Shown: piece by piece, positions 52,919-63,408 of the stretch
Position numbering within the stretch: the stretch's first letter is position 1
How the letters are laid out: every line of letters starts with the position of its first letter
From: a bacterium
GTDB taxonomy: Bacteria > Krumholzibacteriota > Krumholzibacteriia > G020349025
Reading direction: 5' to 3'
Assembly: GCA_031362565.1 (NCBI GenBank)
Contig: JANLSU010000120.1
Location: forward strand, 96,001 to 160,000
DNA length: 64,000 nt
The notes under the pieces: generated by a model
What the model saw: only the letters and a program-made list of their open reading frames with translations
Databases searched by the model: none
Told to the model about the DNA's origin: nothing
Translations under genes and position numbers: made by a program

Positions 52919-54149
52919 ACGGCCTGGGCGGGCAGCGCCGCCGCTGCTCGCCGCTTTGTGCGTCGCCTTGCTTGCGCCGCCCGCCCAGGCGGTTCAGAAG
53001 CGTATTCTGTTCGACAACGCCCACGCCGAAACGGCCGGCAACGCCGACTGGCAGATCGACACCGATCAGCCATTCCCACGCCCCGTGCAGAGCGGGGTCA
53101 CGCCGTCGACGCCGCGCACGTACTGGCTCGGTGCCATCTCGTCCTGGGGCATCGACATGGTCAAGCGCGGCTACTTCGTGGCTTCGTTGCCGGCAGCGCA
53201 CGGCGTCACCTATGGCGTCGCGAACGATTCGCTCGATCTGTCGTTCTACGATGTCTTCGTTGTCGACGAACCCAACAAGCGATTCACGGCCGCTGAAGCG
53301 GCGGCCATCTTCAGCTACGTTCATGACGGCGGCGGCCTGGTGGCGGTTTCGGATCACAATATCTCCGACCGCGACAACGACGGCTTCGACTCGCCGCGCA
53401 TTTGGAACCGCCTCGACCCGAATCATTTTTTCGGCGCCCACTTCGACACGACCGGCGAGGTGAACAACAATTTCACGCAAACAAGCACCAACGTCGACCC
53501 GGCGCCCAACGATTCGATCATCCACGGTCCGAACGGGTTCGCGAACGCCCTCGAATTCCACAACGGCACATCCATGGTGTTGTACCCGGGCGTGAATCCG
53601 TCGGTGCGCGGCAAGGTGTGGATGATGGGCGTGCCGGTGGGCTCCACGACCGGAGTGATGGCAGCGGTCTCGACGTATGGCAAGGGTCACATCTTTTTCG
53701 TCGGCGACAGCTCACCCTGTGACGACGGCAGCGCGGCACCCGGCAACAGCAGCATCTTCGACGGTTGGGCGGAGGCGGCCGGTGCCGACAGTGTGCTATT
53801 CCAGAATGCGACCCAGTGGGTGACGCGACGCACGCCGATTCCTTCGTCGCTCCCCGGCCCGGCGGCGGGAGCACTCTTGGCGCTCGAGCGCCCCGGGGCA
53901 AATCCGGCGCATGGGCACGTCGACTTGCGGTTCTCGTTGCCCGCAAGTGGCACTGCACGTATCGAGATCGTGACCGTGAGCGGCGAACGGATCTGGAATT
54001 GGTCGGCAGCGAATCTCACCGCCGGCGAACACCAAATGACTTGGAATGGTCGGCAATCGAACGGCGCGCCGGCGCCCGCCGGAATGTACTTTGCCCGGCT
54101 CACCGCGCCTGCAGGATCGCGCACCCGGCGATTCACGTTCCTGCCCTGA
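52905..54149 (+). CDS. Secreted DUF4350/GATase-like domain protein with FlgD-Ig/T9SS-type tail
   Basis: RILFDNAHAETAGNADW, YDVFVVDEPN, GGGL...SDH and GDSS motifs. Tail WNGR...PAGMYFARL. Confidence 0.75.
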   Translation: MSIYRRPGRAAPPLLAALCVALLAPPAQAVQKRILFDNAHAETAGNADWQIDTDQPFPRPVQSGVTPSTPRTYWLGAISSWGIDMVKRGYFVASLPAAHGVTYGVANDSLDLSFYDVFVVDEPNKRFTAAEAAAIFSYVHDGGGLVAVSDHNISDRDNDGFDSPRIWNRLDPNHFFGAHFDTTGEVNNNFTQTSTNVDPAPNDSIIHGPNGFANALEFHNGTSMVLYPGVNPSVRGKVWMMGVPVGSTTGVMAAVSTYGKGHIFFVGDSSPCDDGSAAPGNSSIFDGWAEAAGADSVLFQNATQWVTRRTPIPSSLPGPAAGALLALERPGANPAHGHVDLRFSLPASGTARIEIVTVSGERIWNWSAANLTAGEHQMTWNGRQSNGAPAPAGMYFARLTAPAGSRTRRFTFLP

Positions 54150-54319
54150 GGGTGCCGCAATCCCGCGGCACGTAAAAACCTGTCAGGGGCGTCAACGGGA
54201 CGTAAAAGATGCGCGCCAGATGTAACCTTTCGCGGCTCTTCGGAGTCTAACCATCCTGATACACGGACCTCGCCAGGCCCCGGAGACGCTTTCCCTTTCA
54301 CAGCGCGTGGAGGAAGTCG

Positions 54320-56599
54320 ATGCCGTCGCGATTGCTCGGCCGTTCAGCCGTTGTTTCTGCCTTGGTTCTGTCCGCCTGCTTCGGCATCGAACCCGCCTCC
54401 GCCCAGGTCACGACCAAGAACGGCGAAGCGATAACGGTGACCCGCGTCGAGAGCGGCATTCGTGTCGACGGCGACATCGACGACGCTGCCTGGAAAACGG
54501 TCCCGGCCATCGAAGGCTGGGTCGAAACCAACCCGGGCGACAACCTGCCGGCGTCCGTCGGGTGCCGTGCCCGGCTGGCCTATGACGGCGACTTCCTGTA
54601 CGCCGTCTTCGAGTTCGACGACCCGGACGCCAAGGCGATCCGCGCCCCGCTCGGGGACCACGACAACGTTCCCGGCTCGACAGACTACGGCGGCATCATT
54701 CTGGACGCGCGCAACGACGGCAAGACGGCGCAAATGTTCCTGGCCAATGCGCGCGGCGTGCAGTACGACGCCATCACAAGCGATACCTCCGGCGAAGACA
54801 ACTCGCCCGATTTCTACTGGGATGCCGCCGGACGCATCACCGATCACGGTTGGCAGCTCGAGATGCGCATTCCATTCTCATCGATTCGCTATACGGACCC
54901 CAACCCTTCGCAGTGGGGCATCCTGCTCTATCGCAACCGGCCGCGCGATTTTCGCTATCAGTATTTTTCGTCACGCTTGCCGCGCGACGTCAATTGTTTC
55001 ATCTGCAACGGCCGTCCGGTCGTGGGCCTGCATGATTTGCCGTCCGGGAGCCACTGGGTCGCGGCACCGTATGCCACCGCGAGCCAAGAATCCCATCAGC
55101 TCGGGGATCTGGGATCACCGCTGACGCGTGACGACGCCAAGTTCGATGGTGGCGCCGACTTCAAGTGGCTGCCCAATCCGGACACGGTGATCGACGCGGC
55201 GCTCAATCCCGATTTCTCGCAGATCGAATCCGATGCCGGTCAGATCAGCGCCAACGAACGCTTCGCGATCTTTCAGCCCGAGAAGCGGCCGTTCTTCCTG
55301 GAAGGCGTCGACCTCTTTTCGACACCGATCACCGCGGTCTACACCCGCACCTTCACCAATCCAGAGTGGGGGGCGCGCGCGACCGGCGGCACCGAGAAGT
55401 CGAAATACACGCTGTTGCTCGGGCATGATCGCGGCGGCGGCAGTGTCATTTTGCCGGGGCCGCTCGGGTCCGATCTTGCCGATCAGCACTATCACTCGTT
55501 GGTCGGAATCGGACGCGTGCGCCGGGACATCGGGCTTTCGTCGGCCAGCTTCCTCTACTCCGGACGCGAGATCGACGGCGGCGGTTCAAATCGCGTCTTC
55601 GGACCGGATTTCGTCTGGCGCCCGAACGATCAATCGACGTTGACCGGGCAATTGCTGTGGAGTTTCAGCAAGACCCCCGACCGCCCGGCGCTGGCGTCGG
55701 AATGGGACGGGCGTTCGCTCGAAGGCCACGCCGCCGAAGTTTGGTACAGCTGGTCCAATCGGCACTGGGACGTCTTCGGCGTTTACGATGACTTTGCAAA
55801 TGGCTTTCGCGCCGACAACGGTTTCGTGCCCGAGGTGGGCTACCGGCTCGGGCGGTTCGACAGCGGCCGCACCTTCCGCCCGCCTTCCGGCGCGGTACGC
55901 CGCGTGCGGGTCTTTCTGCAGGGCGAAGCCAGTGACGATCGCGACGGCGCCACGTTGACGCGCTGGATCGGCCCCGGCTTCGGCATGGATGCGCTCTGGA
56001 ACTCGTTCGTGCGCGTCGAGTTGAATGCTGACCGGGTCCGCGGCCAGGAAAAGCTGCACGACCGGTTCCGCGTCGTGCCGCAGGTGCAGATCCAACCGGG
56101 CAAGATCCTGAACAGCGTCGCCGTCTCCGGCACCTACGGCGATCAGATCGATTTTGCGAATGACCGCGGTGCAAAGGGCGGTGACTTGACCGCCAGTGCC
56201 GACATCCGGCCCACCACCCACTTGCGCCTGACACCGTCTTACCGCCGGCGCTGGCTGAACGTGGATGCAGGCGCTGCCGCCAACGGCCGCTTGTTGACGG
56301 CCCAGATTCCGCGCCTGCGAGCCGTGTACACGTTCAACTCGCAAGCGTGGTTGCGCCTCATCGGCCAGTGGAGCGAGGTCAAGCGTCATCCGGGGCTGTA
56401 CCCCGATCCGAGTGCGGTGGACGCCAAGAGCCGCGACTTCGGTGGCTCGGCGGTCTTCGCCTACAAACTCAACTGGCAGACGGTGCTCTTCCTCGGTTAC
56501 TCGGAAGCGCAGACGCTCGACACGCAGAACGAACCACAAGAGCTACAGCCTGTGGCCCGGCAAGGATTCTTCAAGATCTCTTACGCGTTCCGCGGTTGA
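54320..56599 (+). CDS. CBM9-like plus DUF5916 outer-membrane protein
   Basis: VDGDIDDAAW, W.LEMRIPFSSIRY and NPDFSQIESD...EKRPFFLEG motifs, with terminal FFKISYAF. Confidence 0.88.
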   Translation: MPSRLLGRSAVVSALVLSACFGIEPASAQVTTKNGEAITVTRVESGIRVDGDIDDAAWKTVPAIEGWVETNPGDNLPASVGCRARLAYDGDFLYAVFEFDDPDAKAIRAPLGDHDNVPGSTDYGGIILDARNDGKTAQMFLANARGVQYDAITSDTSGEDNSPDFYWDAAGRITDHGWQLEMRIPFSSIRYTDPNPSQWGILLYRNRPRDFRYQYFSSRLPRDVNCFICNGRPVVGLHDLPSGSHWVAAPYATASQESHQLGDLGSPLTRDDAKFDGGADFKWLPNPDTVIDAALNPDFSQIESDAGQISANERFAIFQPEKRPFFLEGVDLFSTPITAVYTRTFTNPEWGARATGGTEKSKYTLLLGHDRGGGSVILPGPLGSDLADQHYHSLVGIGRVRRDIGLSSASFLYSGREIDGGGSNRVFGPDFVWRPNDQSTLTGQLLWSFSKTPDRPALASEWDGRSLEGHAAEVWYSWSNRHWDVFGVYDDFANGFRADNGFVPEVGYRLGRFDSGRTFRPPSGAVRRVRVFLQGEASDDRDGATLTRWIGPGFGMDALWNSFVRVELNADRVRGQEKLHDRFRVVPQVQIQPGKILNSVAVSGTYGDQIDFANDRGAKGGDLTASADIRPTTHLRLTPSYRRRWLNVDAGAAANGRLLTAQIPRLRAVYTFNSQAWLRLIGQWSEVKRHPGLYPDPSAVDAKSRDFGGSAVFAYKLNWQTVLFLGYSEAQTLDTQNEPQELQPVARQGFFKISYAFRG

Positions 56600-56614
56600 G
56601 TCGTGAGACAGTGG

Positions 56615-57151
56615 TCAAAGCGTTCGGGATCTCTTGATGTCCGCAGTAAGCGCGGTAGCGAAACTCACTGCAAGGCGTCGGAACGCTTCGTCACCCTCGG
56701 TCCAACCGGACACAGCGCCGACGAAGTTTCCGGCAAACACCGTGTGCCCGGACGAGTGGTCGATGAGCCGCAAGTTCGCCGTTAGCGTCGCTTGTCCGAG
56801 CCCAAAGCCAACGAAAAAACGGACGAGCCCATTGCCCCGGTCGAAGTCGAGAAGCGTTCCCTGAACCTCCAAGGGCACCACCGCCCCACCAATTGGTGAC
56901 GCGATGCCAACCCCGGCGTTGCGCAGCTCGGCGGCGATCACTTGCTGGAGTTTCTGCAGCTCTTCGGGCCGCGGTTTCTTGGTGGCTTGCATATCGAGCG
57001 GCAATGCGGTGGTGATTTCACCGACACTCACGACCGGCCGGCGAGAGAGCGGGGCGTCGAGCGGCTGTGTGATGGCGAACTGATTCACATTCACACAGCC
57101 CAGATTGAGCGCGACGATCCATAGACTGGGGAGAATGGAGCGAACCTTCAT
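56615..57151 (-). CDS. DUF4410 family lipoprotein
   Basis: Lipobox NLGC and DRGN..VRFFVGFGLG.A motif. Confidence 0.75.
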   Translation of the reverse strand: MKVRSILPSLWIVALNLGCVNVNQFAITQPLDAPLSRRPVVSVGEITTALPLDMQATKKPRPEELQKLQQVIAAELRNAGVGIASPIGGAVVPLEVQGTLLDFDRGNGLVRFFVGFGLGQATLTANLRLIDHSSGHTVFAGNFVGAVSGWTEGDEAFRRLAVSFATALTADIKRSRTL

Positions 57152-57200
57152 CGGGTCCCCCTTTCCAAATCAAACCGCCGCATACCGCGGCGCCCATCTC

Positions 57201-58370
57201 TCACTGCAGAAGGGCGAATCCGGCGCGAACCCCGGGAACGAACCCGAGCGGGTCCTTCAACAAGAGATCGAGGTCCACAGAGACGGTGAGGCCCACATGC
57301 CGTTGAACGGCGCGAATCAAGCCCGCACCGAGACTCGTGACGAATCCCGCTTCGGTGTCCGTTGCCACAACCGTGACGAGTTGGGTTCCGGTCTGGACGA
57401 CGGCCTCGCCCCGCAAGCGATGCCGGATGGCTCCAAACGACGATTGCACGAACCAGAACCCGGAATTCGGCTGCCACTTGTCGAGTGGCGCATGGTATTC
57501 GACACCCAACTCGACTCGCCAGGGATCCACGTCGTAGCTCTGAGAGACAAAGATGAAATTTGGGTCGAAACTTACCAGGTGAACCGAGTTCGCGAACTCC
57601 ATTCCAACCCGGCTGACATCGAACCGAAGCGCGGTTTCGTCGTTGATCGCGATGTGCAAAACGCCGCCGTATCCGGCGCCACCGCGGGTGCCCGTATAGT
57701 AACCACCGCTCGGCGCGTCGAACCCGCCCTTCAACTCGAGGGCGAACCGCCACGGCAACGCCGAACGAATGGATCCGCCCGCATCAACCACGGGCGGTGC
57801 GTTTGCGGCCGCCGGAGCGAATGACTCCCGGACCAGAACAGAATCCACTGTCGCAGCAACCGCATCCCCAGATCGCGCCGTCACAGTCACGTCGTGGCCT
57901 GCGCTATCGACAATCCGCTGGACCCGGTCCCAGCGAATGGCCCGCGGACGGGCGCCATCCAGAATGAGCATTTCTTGCCGGTTTGGATTCATCACGAACC
58001 TGGTTTTCTTGATCTCTTCGCCGGAGGCGAGGACGATCTGGCGCGCCAAGACAAAGTCCTCGCGCCCAACCTTCTCGAGTCCCGCCGGGTGGTAGTGCAT
58101 TCGAAGCAGCACCGGGGCGATGTTCGCCCCGGTGGAATCGACAATCGCCTCGATATCTGAAAAGCTGATCGACGTGCCCGCATGGTCGTGTTCGACCACC
58201 AGAATCTGCAGGGACCGGCGCAGCGTGAACGGGCGTTGTTCGTAGATCGTGCCATCTTTCAAGAGCACAGTGGCGTGCCGGCGAGACGGCGCGACAAACG
58301 CCGGGCAGGCCGTGGCGGCCAGAAGAAGGATCACGACCGCGAGTCCCCGCGCCATTTGATGCGCACTCAT
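57201..58370 (-). CDS. Secreted protein with duplicated N-terminal small domain and C-terminal OmpA-like beta-barrel
   Basis: Signal peptide, two repeats ending I..IVDS.G..(I/V), and alternating beta-strands ending in RAGFALLQ. Confidence 0.6.
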   Translation of the reverse strand: MSAHQMARGLAVVILLLAATACPAFVAPSRRHATVLLKDGTIYEQRPFTLRRSLQILVVEHDHAGTSISFSDIEAIVDSTGANIAPVLLRMHYHPAGLEKVGREDFVLARQIVLASGEEIKKTRFVMNPNRQEMLILDGARPRAIRWDRVQRIVDSAGHDVTVTARSGDAVAATVDSVLVRESFAPAAANAPPVVDAGGSIRSALPWRFALELKGGFDAPSGGYYTGTRGGAGYGGVLHIAINDETALRFDVSRVGMEFANSVHLVSFDPNFIFVSQSYDVDPWRVELGVEYHAPLDKWQPNSGFWFVQSSFGAIRHRLRGEAVVQTGTQLVTVVATDTEAGFVTSLGAGLIRAVQRHVGLTVSVDLDLLLKDPLGFVPGVRAGFALLQ

Positions 58371-58457
58371 GGGATGCCCTTTCGGCGTGCCCAACCAACA
58401 ACTCGGACGTGTGCGCATGACGGTGCCTCGCAGCGGCGCGGCCTGTCAAGCCCTTGG

Positions 58458-60137
58458 TTAGTGCGGCGCGTCCGGAGCAGCCCTGAGAAATCGGGCCAGT
58501 GTCTTGTCGAACTCCGCGCCGCGCAGTTCCGGGCCCGAGGCGACGATCTTGCCCACCGGGTCCACAAGAACCGCGAACGGAATTCCCACGACCTCGAATG
58601 CCCGTGGCGCGTCTTCGAAATCTTGGCCCGGTGCGAAGGCGTGCTGCCACGGCATCTGCCATTTGCGGCCGCGAAACGCCGCGACGTCACTGCGCTTGGG
58701 GTCGAAAGATACGCTCAGGATCGCGAGCCCGTGATCCTTGTAGGTCGCATACGCTGCATGCAGCCGAGGCATCTCGGCAATGCACGGCGCACACCATGTG
58801 GCCCAGAAGTCGATCAGGAGCCATTGACCGCGAAAGTCGTGCGGGCGGACCACCACGGTGGAGTCTTCGAGCCCCCGGAACACTACGTCGGGCGCCGGAG
58901 CGCCGGCCTTTATCCGGTGATCGGGGCCGAATCGTTTGAGAGCCGCATCGGCCCAGTGGGTCGCCGCGTACTCCTTTACCAACGGCAGATAGCTCACGAT
59001 GAACCGATCGGGGTCATTCTCGGCGTATGCCTTCTGAACGACCGCGTACAGGAATGCGGCGCGGACCACGCTGTCCGGATGTGACGCGATGACGCGGTCC
59101 ATGTACTCGTTGATGGCGGCGGGGCGGCGAGCGGCACGGGCGATCAAGCTGAACACGTTGTTCGGGCCGCCCCACTCGAGCGACCAGGCCGGCGAATCGG
59201 CGGGGATCTCCTGCAAAGCGGTGCGCGCCAGCAGGGAGTCGGAATCCGCCCCATCGAGATGGAAGTACTGCATCAACAACAGTTGTTTGCGCAGCGGCCG
59301 CCGTTCCGCGGCGATGCGGCCGCGCAGATCCCAACGGTCGGCGGTGAAATCATAGGTAAAGTCTTGAGCGTCGCCCCCCGCAGCCTCGAAGGCTCGCGCC
59401 GCCTTGGTGAACCTCGTGCCGCGCTCTTCCGCCTCCCGGTACAGGGCGTACGCGTCCGCAGCGTCCCCACGAGGCGGCTTGAACCGCAGGGCCGGCGGCG
59501 CGGTCGAGTGCGGCAGGCACCCGGGGTCGAACACGATCTCCAGCGGATGTGCGCCCACTGCGACTTCGGACACAAACTTGTCGCCTTGGCCGCCAATCAG
59601 CACTCGGTGCTGCCAATCGAACGCCACACGATCCGCCTGTGTGCCGCTAAGCGGCACCTCGCCTTGTTGAACACCGATCAGTTGATAGTGCAGCGTATCG
59701 CTCTTGCAGTCGATGTTCGCCGTGAACGTGCCGTCGGCACGCTTCAGCATCGGGACAGAGGCTTGCGAAGCAGGTTTGTTGACGCCACTGATGAGGCGCA
59801 CGCTGTCGAGCGGCGTGCCGATCTGCACGCTGCCGAGCCGGATCTCGATCTCGAGCGGGCCGGGTCGATCCACTACAACCGGCACCAATAGAGTGCGGTG
59901 GTGCACCCCGCCAAACCAGATCCAGTACGCGCCGGCGTGCGGGAACGCCATCGAGAAACTGCCATCCACCGGCGGGAACAGCAGATGATTGGGGCCTCCG
60001 TACGGGCGTACGAAGGCCTGGCGCATCGGCCGGCCGTCACAACCGAGCACTTTGCCACGCACGACGTAACCAGCCGCCGCGCGTCCGGCGCCGGCCGCGA
60101 GAACACAGAGCGCAACAAGAATGGCACTGGCCTTCAT
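58458..60137 (-). CDS. TlpA-family thiol-disulfide oxidoreductase with a large N-terminal region
   Basis: LIDFWATWCAPCIAEMP and GIPFAVLVDP.GKI motifs, plus a signal peptide. Confidence 0.9.
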   Translation of the reverse strand: MKASAILVALCVLAAGAGRAAAGYVVRGKVLGCDGRPMRQAFVRPYGGPNHLLFPPVDGSFSMAFPHAGAYWIWFGGVHHRTLLVPVVVDRPGPLEIEIRLGSVQIGTPLDSVRLISGVNKPASQASVPMLKRADGTFTANIDCKSDTLHYQLIGVQQGEVPLSGTQADRVAFDWQHRVLIGGQGDKFVSEVAVGAHPLEIVFDPGCLPHSTAPPALRFKPPRGDAADAYALYREAEERGTRFTKAARAFEAAGGDAQDFTYDFTADRWDLRGRIAAERRPLRKQLLLMQYFHLDGADSDSLLARTALQEIPADSPAWSLEWGGPNNVFSLIARAARRPAAINEYMDRVIASHPDSVVRAAFLYAVVQKAYAENDPDRFIVSYLPLVKEYAATHWADAALKRFGPDHRIKAGAPAPDVVFRGLEDSTVVVRPHDFRGQWLLIDFWATWCAPCIAEMPRLHAAYATYKDHGLAILSVSFDPKRSDVAAFRGRKWQMPWQHAFAPGQDFEDAPRAFEVVGIPFAVLVDPVGKIVASGPELRGAEFDKTLARFLRAAPDAPH

Positions 60138-60365
60138 TGCGGCCTCCCTGGGCAGGAGGCCGTAAATCTATCTTCGCGGCCGCAAGTCGCACAACCGGCG
60201 TGAAAGGAAGGCGGGCGGCGTCAGGGGACACCGCCCGAGTTGATCTGGTTTGCGGGGCGCCTCCCCACGCGGCGGAGGCTTCTGTCTTGAGGAGAGGGTG
60301 CGGTGGGACGCCTGCCATCGTTTGGGAGTCAAGACGACGTGCAGGACGCCCCACCGTGGATGCGC

Positions 60366-60812
60366 TCAGGTGGAAGCGAGGGGGAGCTTCCGAATGCGAG
60401 CGCGCAATTCCTCCAGATCGAAGGGTTTTTCGAGCAAATCGGCGCCCAGGCGGCGGGCCTGCTGGCGCACGTGGCGGTCCACGAATGCGGTCACGACGAG
60501 CACCGGTACGTGCAGTGCACGCACCTTGTTCATCCAGTCGATGGCTTGCAGGCCGGTCAGTCCCGGCATCCGCACGTCGGTGATCACGAGATCGATGCGA
60601 TCCTGAACCCGCATCGCGGTCTCGAGACACTCCAGCAGCTCACTGCCGTTCTTCGCTTCGACGACGTCGTAGCCGTCGCGTCGCAGCGCCTGGGCTACGA
60701 GCCGGCGCATTTCGAAATCGTCCTCGGCCAGCACGATCCGTGGCTGGTCGGTTTGCAGCACCGTGACCGGGCGGGCGGCAGCGCGGCGCGGTGCGAGAGT
60801 GTTCGTTTGCAT
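60366..60812 (-). CDS. Stand-alone response regulator receiver protein (3 of 3)
   Basis: LAEDD, DLVITDVRMPG, VTAF and EKPF motifs. Confidence 0.9.
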   Translation of the reverse strand: MQTNTLAPRRAAARPVTVLQTDQPRIVLAEDDFEMRRLVAQALRRDGYDVVEAKNGSELLECLETAMRVQDRIDLVITDVRMPGLTGLQAIDWMNKVRALHVPVLVVTAFVDRHVRQQARRLGADLLEKPFDLEELRARIRKLPLAST

Positions 60813-60823
60813 TGCTTGCGTCC

Positions 60824-61291
60824 TCACATCAGGAAATCCGAAGCGCGGGCGCGAGGTGGCGCAAAGAGTTCGCGCACGAGCTGGCGTAGCTGATCCAATT
60901 CGAACGGTTTGTCGAGTACGCGTACGGCGCCGACGCGAACCCCTTCGGCATGCACCGAACGATCACCAAAGGCGGTGATCAGGATGACCGGCGCCCGGCA
61001 GCCGAGTTCGCGCAGCCAAGCAACGGCTTCGAAGCCGCCGAGGCCCGGCATGCGCACATCACTCACCACGAGATCCACGGGCCGCCCGTCGCGGAGCGAG
61101 TCGACGATGTTCGAGACGAGCTGCGAGCCGTCGGGGACTTCGACGACGTCGTAGCCGTCGCGGGTCAGCGCTTGCGCGAGGAGGCGGCGCATTTCACCGT
61201 CATCTTCGGCGAGGACGATGCGCCGCAATCGCGTCACGGTTTCGGACTCGCGCGTGTCTTGCGACTCGGCGTTCCGCCGGGCGTCGATCAT
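60824..61291 (-). CDS. Stand-alone response regulator receiver protein (2 of 3)
   Basis: LAEDD, DLVVSDVRMPG, ITAFG and DKPF motifs. Confidence 0.9.
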   Translation of the reverse strand: MIDARRNAESQDTRESETVTRLRRIVLAEDDGEMRRLLAQALTRDGYDVVEVPDGSQLVSNIVDSLRDGRPVDLVVSDVRMPGLGGFEAVAWLRELGCRAPVILITAFGDRSVHAEGVRVGAVRVLDKPFELDQLRQLVRELFAPPRARASDFLM

Positions 61292-61770
61292 GGCTGGGCT
61301 CCCTTGTGGTGGCCCCCGATGCGCTGCTCGGCGCGCAGCGCATCGACGACCGCGCACAAGTCGGCGAGGTCGAAGGGCTTGTCGAGCACGGCCCAGGCGC
61401 CGAGACGTTTGGCCTCCGCATGAACCCGGCGATCACCGAATCCGGTGACGACGACAGCCGGAACGGTCGATCCCACTTCCTGCAGCCAGCCAAGCGCCTC
61501 GAGACCGCCGACCTGCGGCATGCGCACATCGGTGATCACCAGGTCGATGTCGCACCCGGCGGCACGTGAGGCGGCGAATTGATCCATGAGTTCGACGCCG
61601 TCTTGCACTTCGATCACGTGGTAACCGGCTTGGCGCAGCGTTGACGCGAGCAGTTGACGCATCTCACGGTCGTCCTCGGCGAGAAGCACGTGGCCCGCCA
61701 TGGGGGTAGCCGACGGAGAGCTCGCGGGCTGCGTGGCCTCGGCCTTGGACGAACGCGTGAGTTGCATCAC
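61288..61770 (-). CDS. Stand-alone response regulator receiver protein (1 of 3)
   Basis: LAEDD, DLVITDVRMP, VTGFG and DKPF motifs, with GGAGG RBS. Confidence 0.9.
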   Translation of the reverse strand: MMQLTRSSKAEATQPASSPSATPMAGHVLLAEDDREMRQLLASTLRQAGYHVIEVQDGVELMDQFAASRAAGCDIDLVITDVRMPQVGGLEALGWLQEVGSTVPAVVVTGFGDRRVHAEAKRLGAWAVLDKPFDLADLCAVVDALRAEQRIGGHHKGAQP

Positions 61771-61836
61771 CTTGCCTCCGGCGGGGAGTCACGAAGCTTG
61801 GGCGCGCAGCGCTGGGCGCCTGTACAGCGCCGGCAT

Positions 61837-61852
61837 TGCACCCCGCGTGCCA
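61837..61852 (-). promoter_or_regulatory. Sigma-54 (-24/-12) promoter
   Basis: TGGCACgcgggGTGCA (GG-N10-GC) ~70 bp upstream of the receiver operon, next to a bEBP gene. Confidence 0.7.
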
Positions 61853-61984
61853 CCAGCATCTCTATTGTTTGCAACGACTTGCGGACATGGTCGAGCGTGG
61901 CAATCTGCCCCAGGTGCCGGCCTGCAGCCGGTCGACCAGCGCAACTCGCCAGATGTCAGAGAGATACGTGGTGCTTTCAGGCCC

Positions 61985-62001
61985 TGGGGCGTTCTGCCCC
62001 A
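61985..62001. promoter_or_regulatory. Candidate bEBP upstream activating site
   Basis: Perfect palindrome TGGGGC-gttct-GCCCCA. Extra TGCCCCA half-sites at 61906 and 62012. Confidence 0.5.
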
Positions 62002-62019
62002 CGAGGCGCGGTGCCCCAG

Positions 62020-63408
62020 TCACTTCGCGGGATCGGTGTGGTCGTCGCCGGCGGCCTCGCCCCAGCGCTCCAATTTGCGGTACAGCGTCTTGCGATCGAG
62101 TCCAAGCAGACGTGCCGCAGAGGCTTTATTGCCGCCGGCCGCCTCCAACACCCGCAGGATGTAGCGCCGCTCGACTTCCTCGAGTGGCACGACGTCCGTC
62201 GGGTCGTCGCTCACGATGGCCACGTGGCCGCGCCTCGCAGCCCGGAGCTTTTCCGGCAAGTCCTCGACGGTGATCTGCTCGTACTGAGTGAGCGCCACGG
62301 CGCGCTCGATGCAGTTGCGTAGTTCCCGCACGTTGCCGGGCCAACCGTAGGCGAGTAATTTCTCTGCCGCGGCACTCATGATCCCGCTGACGCGTTTGTC
62401 GTTGTGTTTGGCAAATTCATCGACGAAGCGTTGCGCCAAGAGCAACACATCATTGCCCCGCATGCGGAGCGGCGGCACTTCGACCGAAATGACGTGAATC
62501 CGAAAGAAGAGATCCTCGCGGAACCGTCCGGCCTCGACGGCCGCCTCGAGGTCGACGTTCGTGGCGGCTACGAGCCGTACATCGAACGGCACCTCCGTGT
62601 CACTGCCGACCGGGCGCACGGTGCGCTGTTGGAGCGCACGCAGCAGCTTCGGCTGTAGGCCGAGGGGCAAGTCGCCGATCTCATCCAGAAAGAGTGTGCC
62701 GCCGCTCGCCTGCACGAAAAGGCCGGTGCGGCCCACCTTGGCATCCGTGAAGGCGCCGCGGGCATGACCGAACAATTCGCTCTCGAGCAACGTCTCCGGC
62801 ATCGCCGCACAGTTCACGGCCACGAACGGGCCGCCCTGGCGCCGGCCGCGGTCGTGCAGCGCCTGAGCCACGAGTTCTTTGCCCGTACCGCTTTCGCCCG
62901 ACACGAGGACGGAGGCATCGGTTTCGGCAACCCGAGCGAGTAGTTCGTACAGGCGCTTCATAGCGGCGCTCTCGCCGACGAGTGCCCCGAAGCTCTGCAG
63001 GTCCTGCACCGTCTGGCGCAGACGCCGCACTTCTTCGCGCAAGGCGCGGTAGTTGAAAGCGCGCTCGAGCGCCAGAGTCAAGGTTTCGATCTCGACCGGC
63101 TTGGTCAGAAAGTCGTAGGCACCGGCGCGAATCGCCGCGACCGCGGTCTCGAAACTTCCGAACGAAGTCAGGACGATGACCGGCAGATCCGGCCGGTTCT
63201 CGACGATGCGGGCGCACAAGTCGATGCCGTTCACCCCCGGCATGTTGATGTCGGTGACCACGGCACCGAAATCGGTCTGGGCCAGCAATTCGAGTCCTTC
63301 TTGGGGCGATGTCGACCAACGCACGTCGAAATCACGCCGGCCGAGCGCCGCCGCCACCATTTCACACATGGCTTTTTCGTCGTCGACCAAGAGCAAACGG
63401 CGCGTCAT
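62020..63408 (-). CDS. Sigma-54-dependent response regulator (NtrC/AtoC family)
   Basis: Receiver domain, GESGTGKE, ESELFGH.RGAFTDA, FLDEIGD, WPGNVREL and a Fis-type HTH. Confidence 0.96.
   Translation of the reverse strand: MTRRLLLVDDEKAMCEMVAAALGRRDFDVRWSTSPQEGLELLAQTDFGAVVTDINMPGVNGIDLCARIVENRPDLPVIVLTSFGSFETAVAAIRAGAYDFLTKPVEIETLTLALERAFNYRALREEVRRLRQTVQDLQSFGALVGESAAMKRLYELLARVAETDASVLVSGESGTGKELVAQALHDRGRRQGGPFVAVNCAAMPETLLESELFGHARGAFTDAKVGRTGLFVQASGGTLFLDEIGDLPLGLQPKLLRALQQRTVRPVGSDTEVPFDVRLVAATNVDLEAAVEAGRFREDLFFRIHVISVEVPPLRMRGNDVLLLAQRFVDEFAKHNDKRVSGIMSAAAEKLLAYGWPGNVRELRNCIERAVALTQYEQITVEDLPEKLRAARRGHVAIVSDDPTDVVPLEEVERRYILRVLEAAGGNKASAARLLGLDRKTLYRKLERWGEAAGDDHTDPAK

Noticed and set aside
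54221..54250. ECF-sigma-like promoter TGTAAC...GTCTAA upstream of the DUF5916 gene
   Set aside because: Spacing is borderline (18 nt) and there is no ECF gene in the window, so it is too weak to list as a feature.
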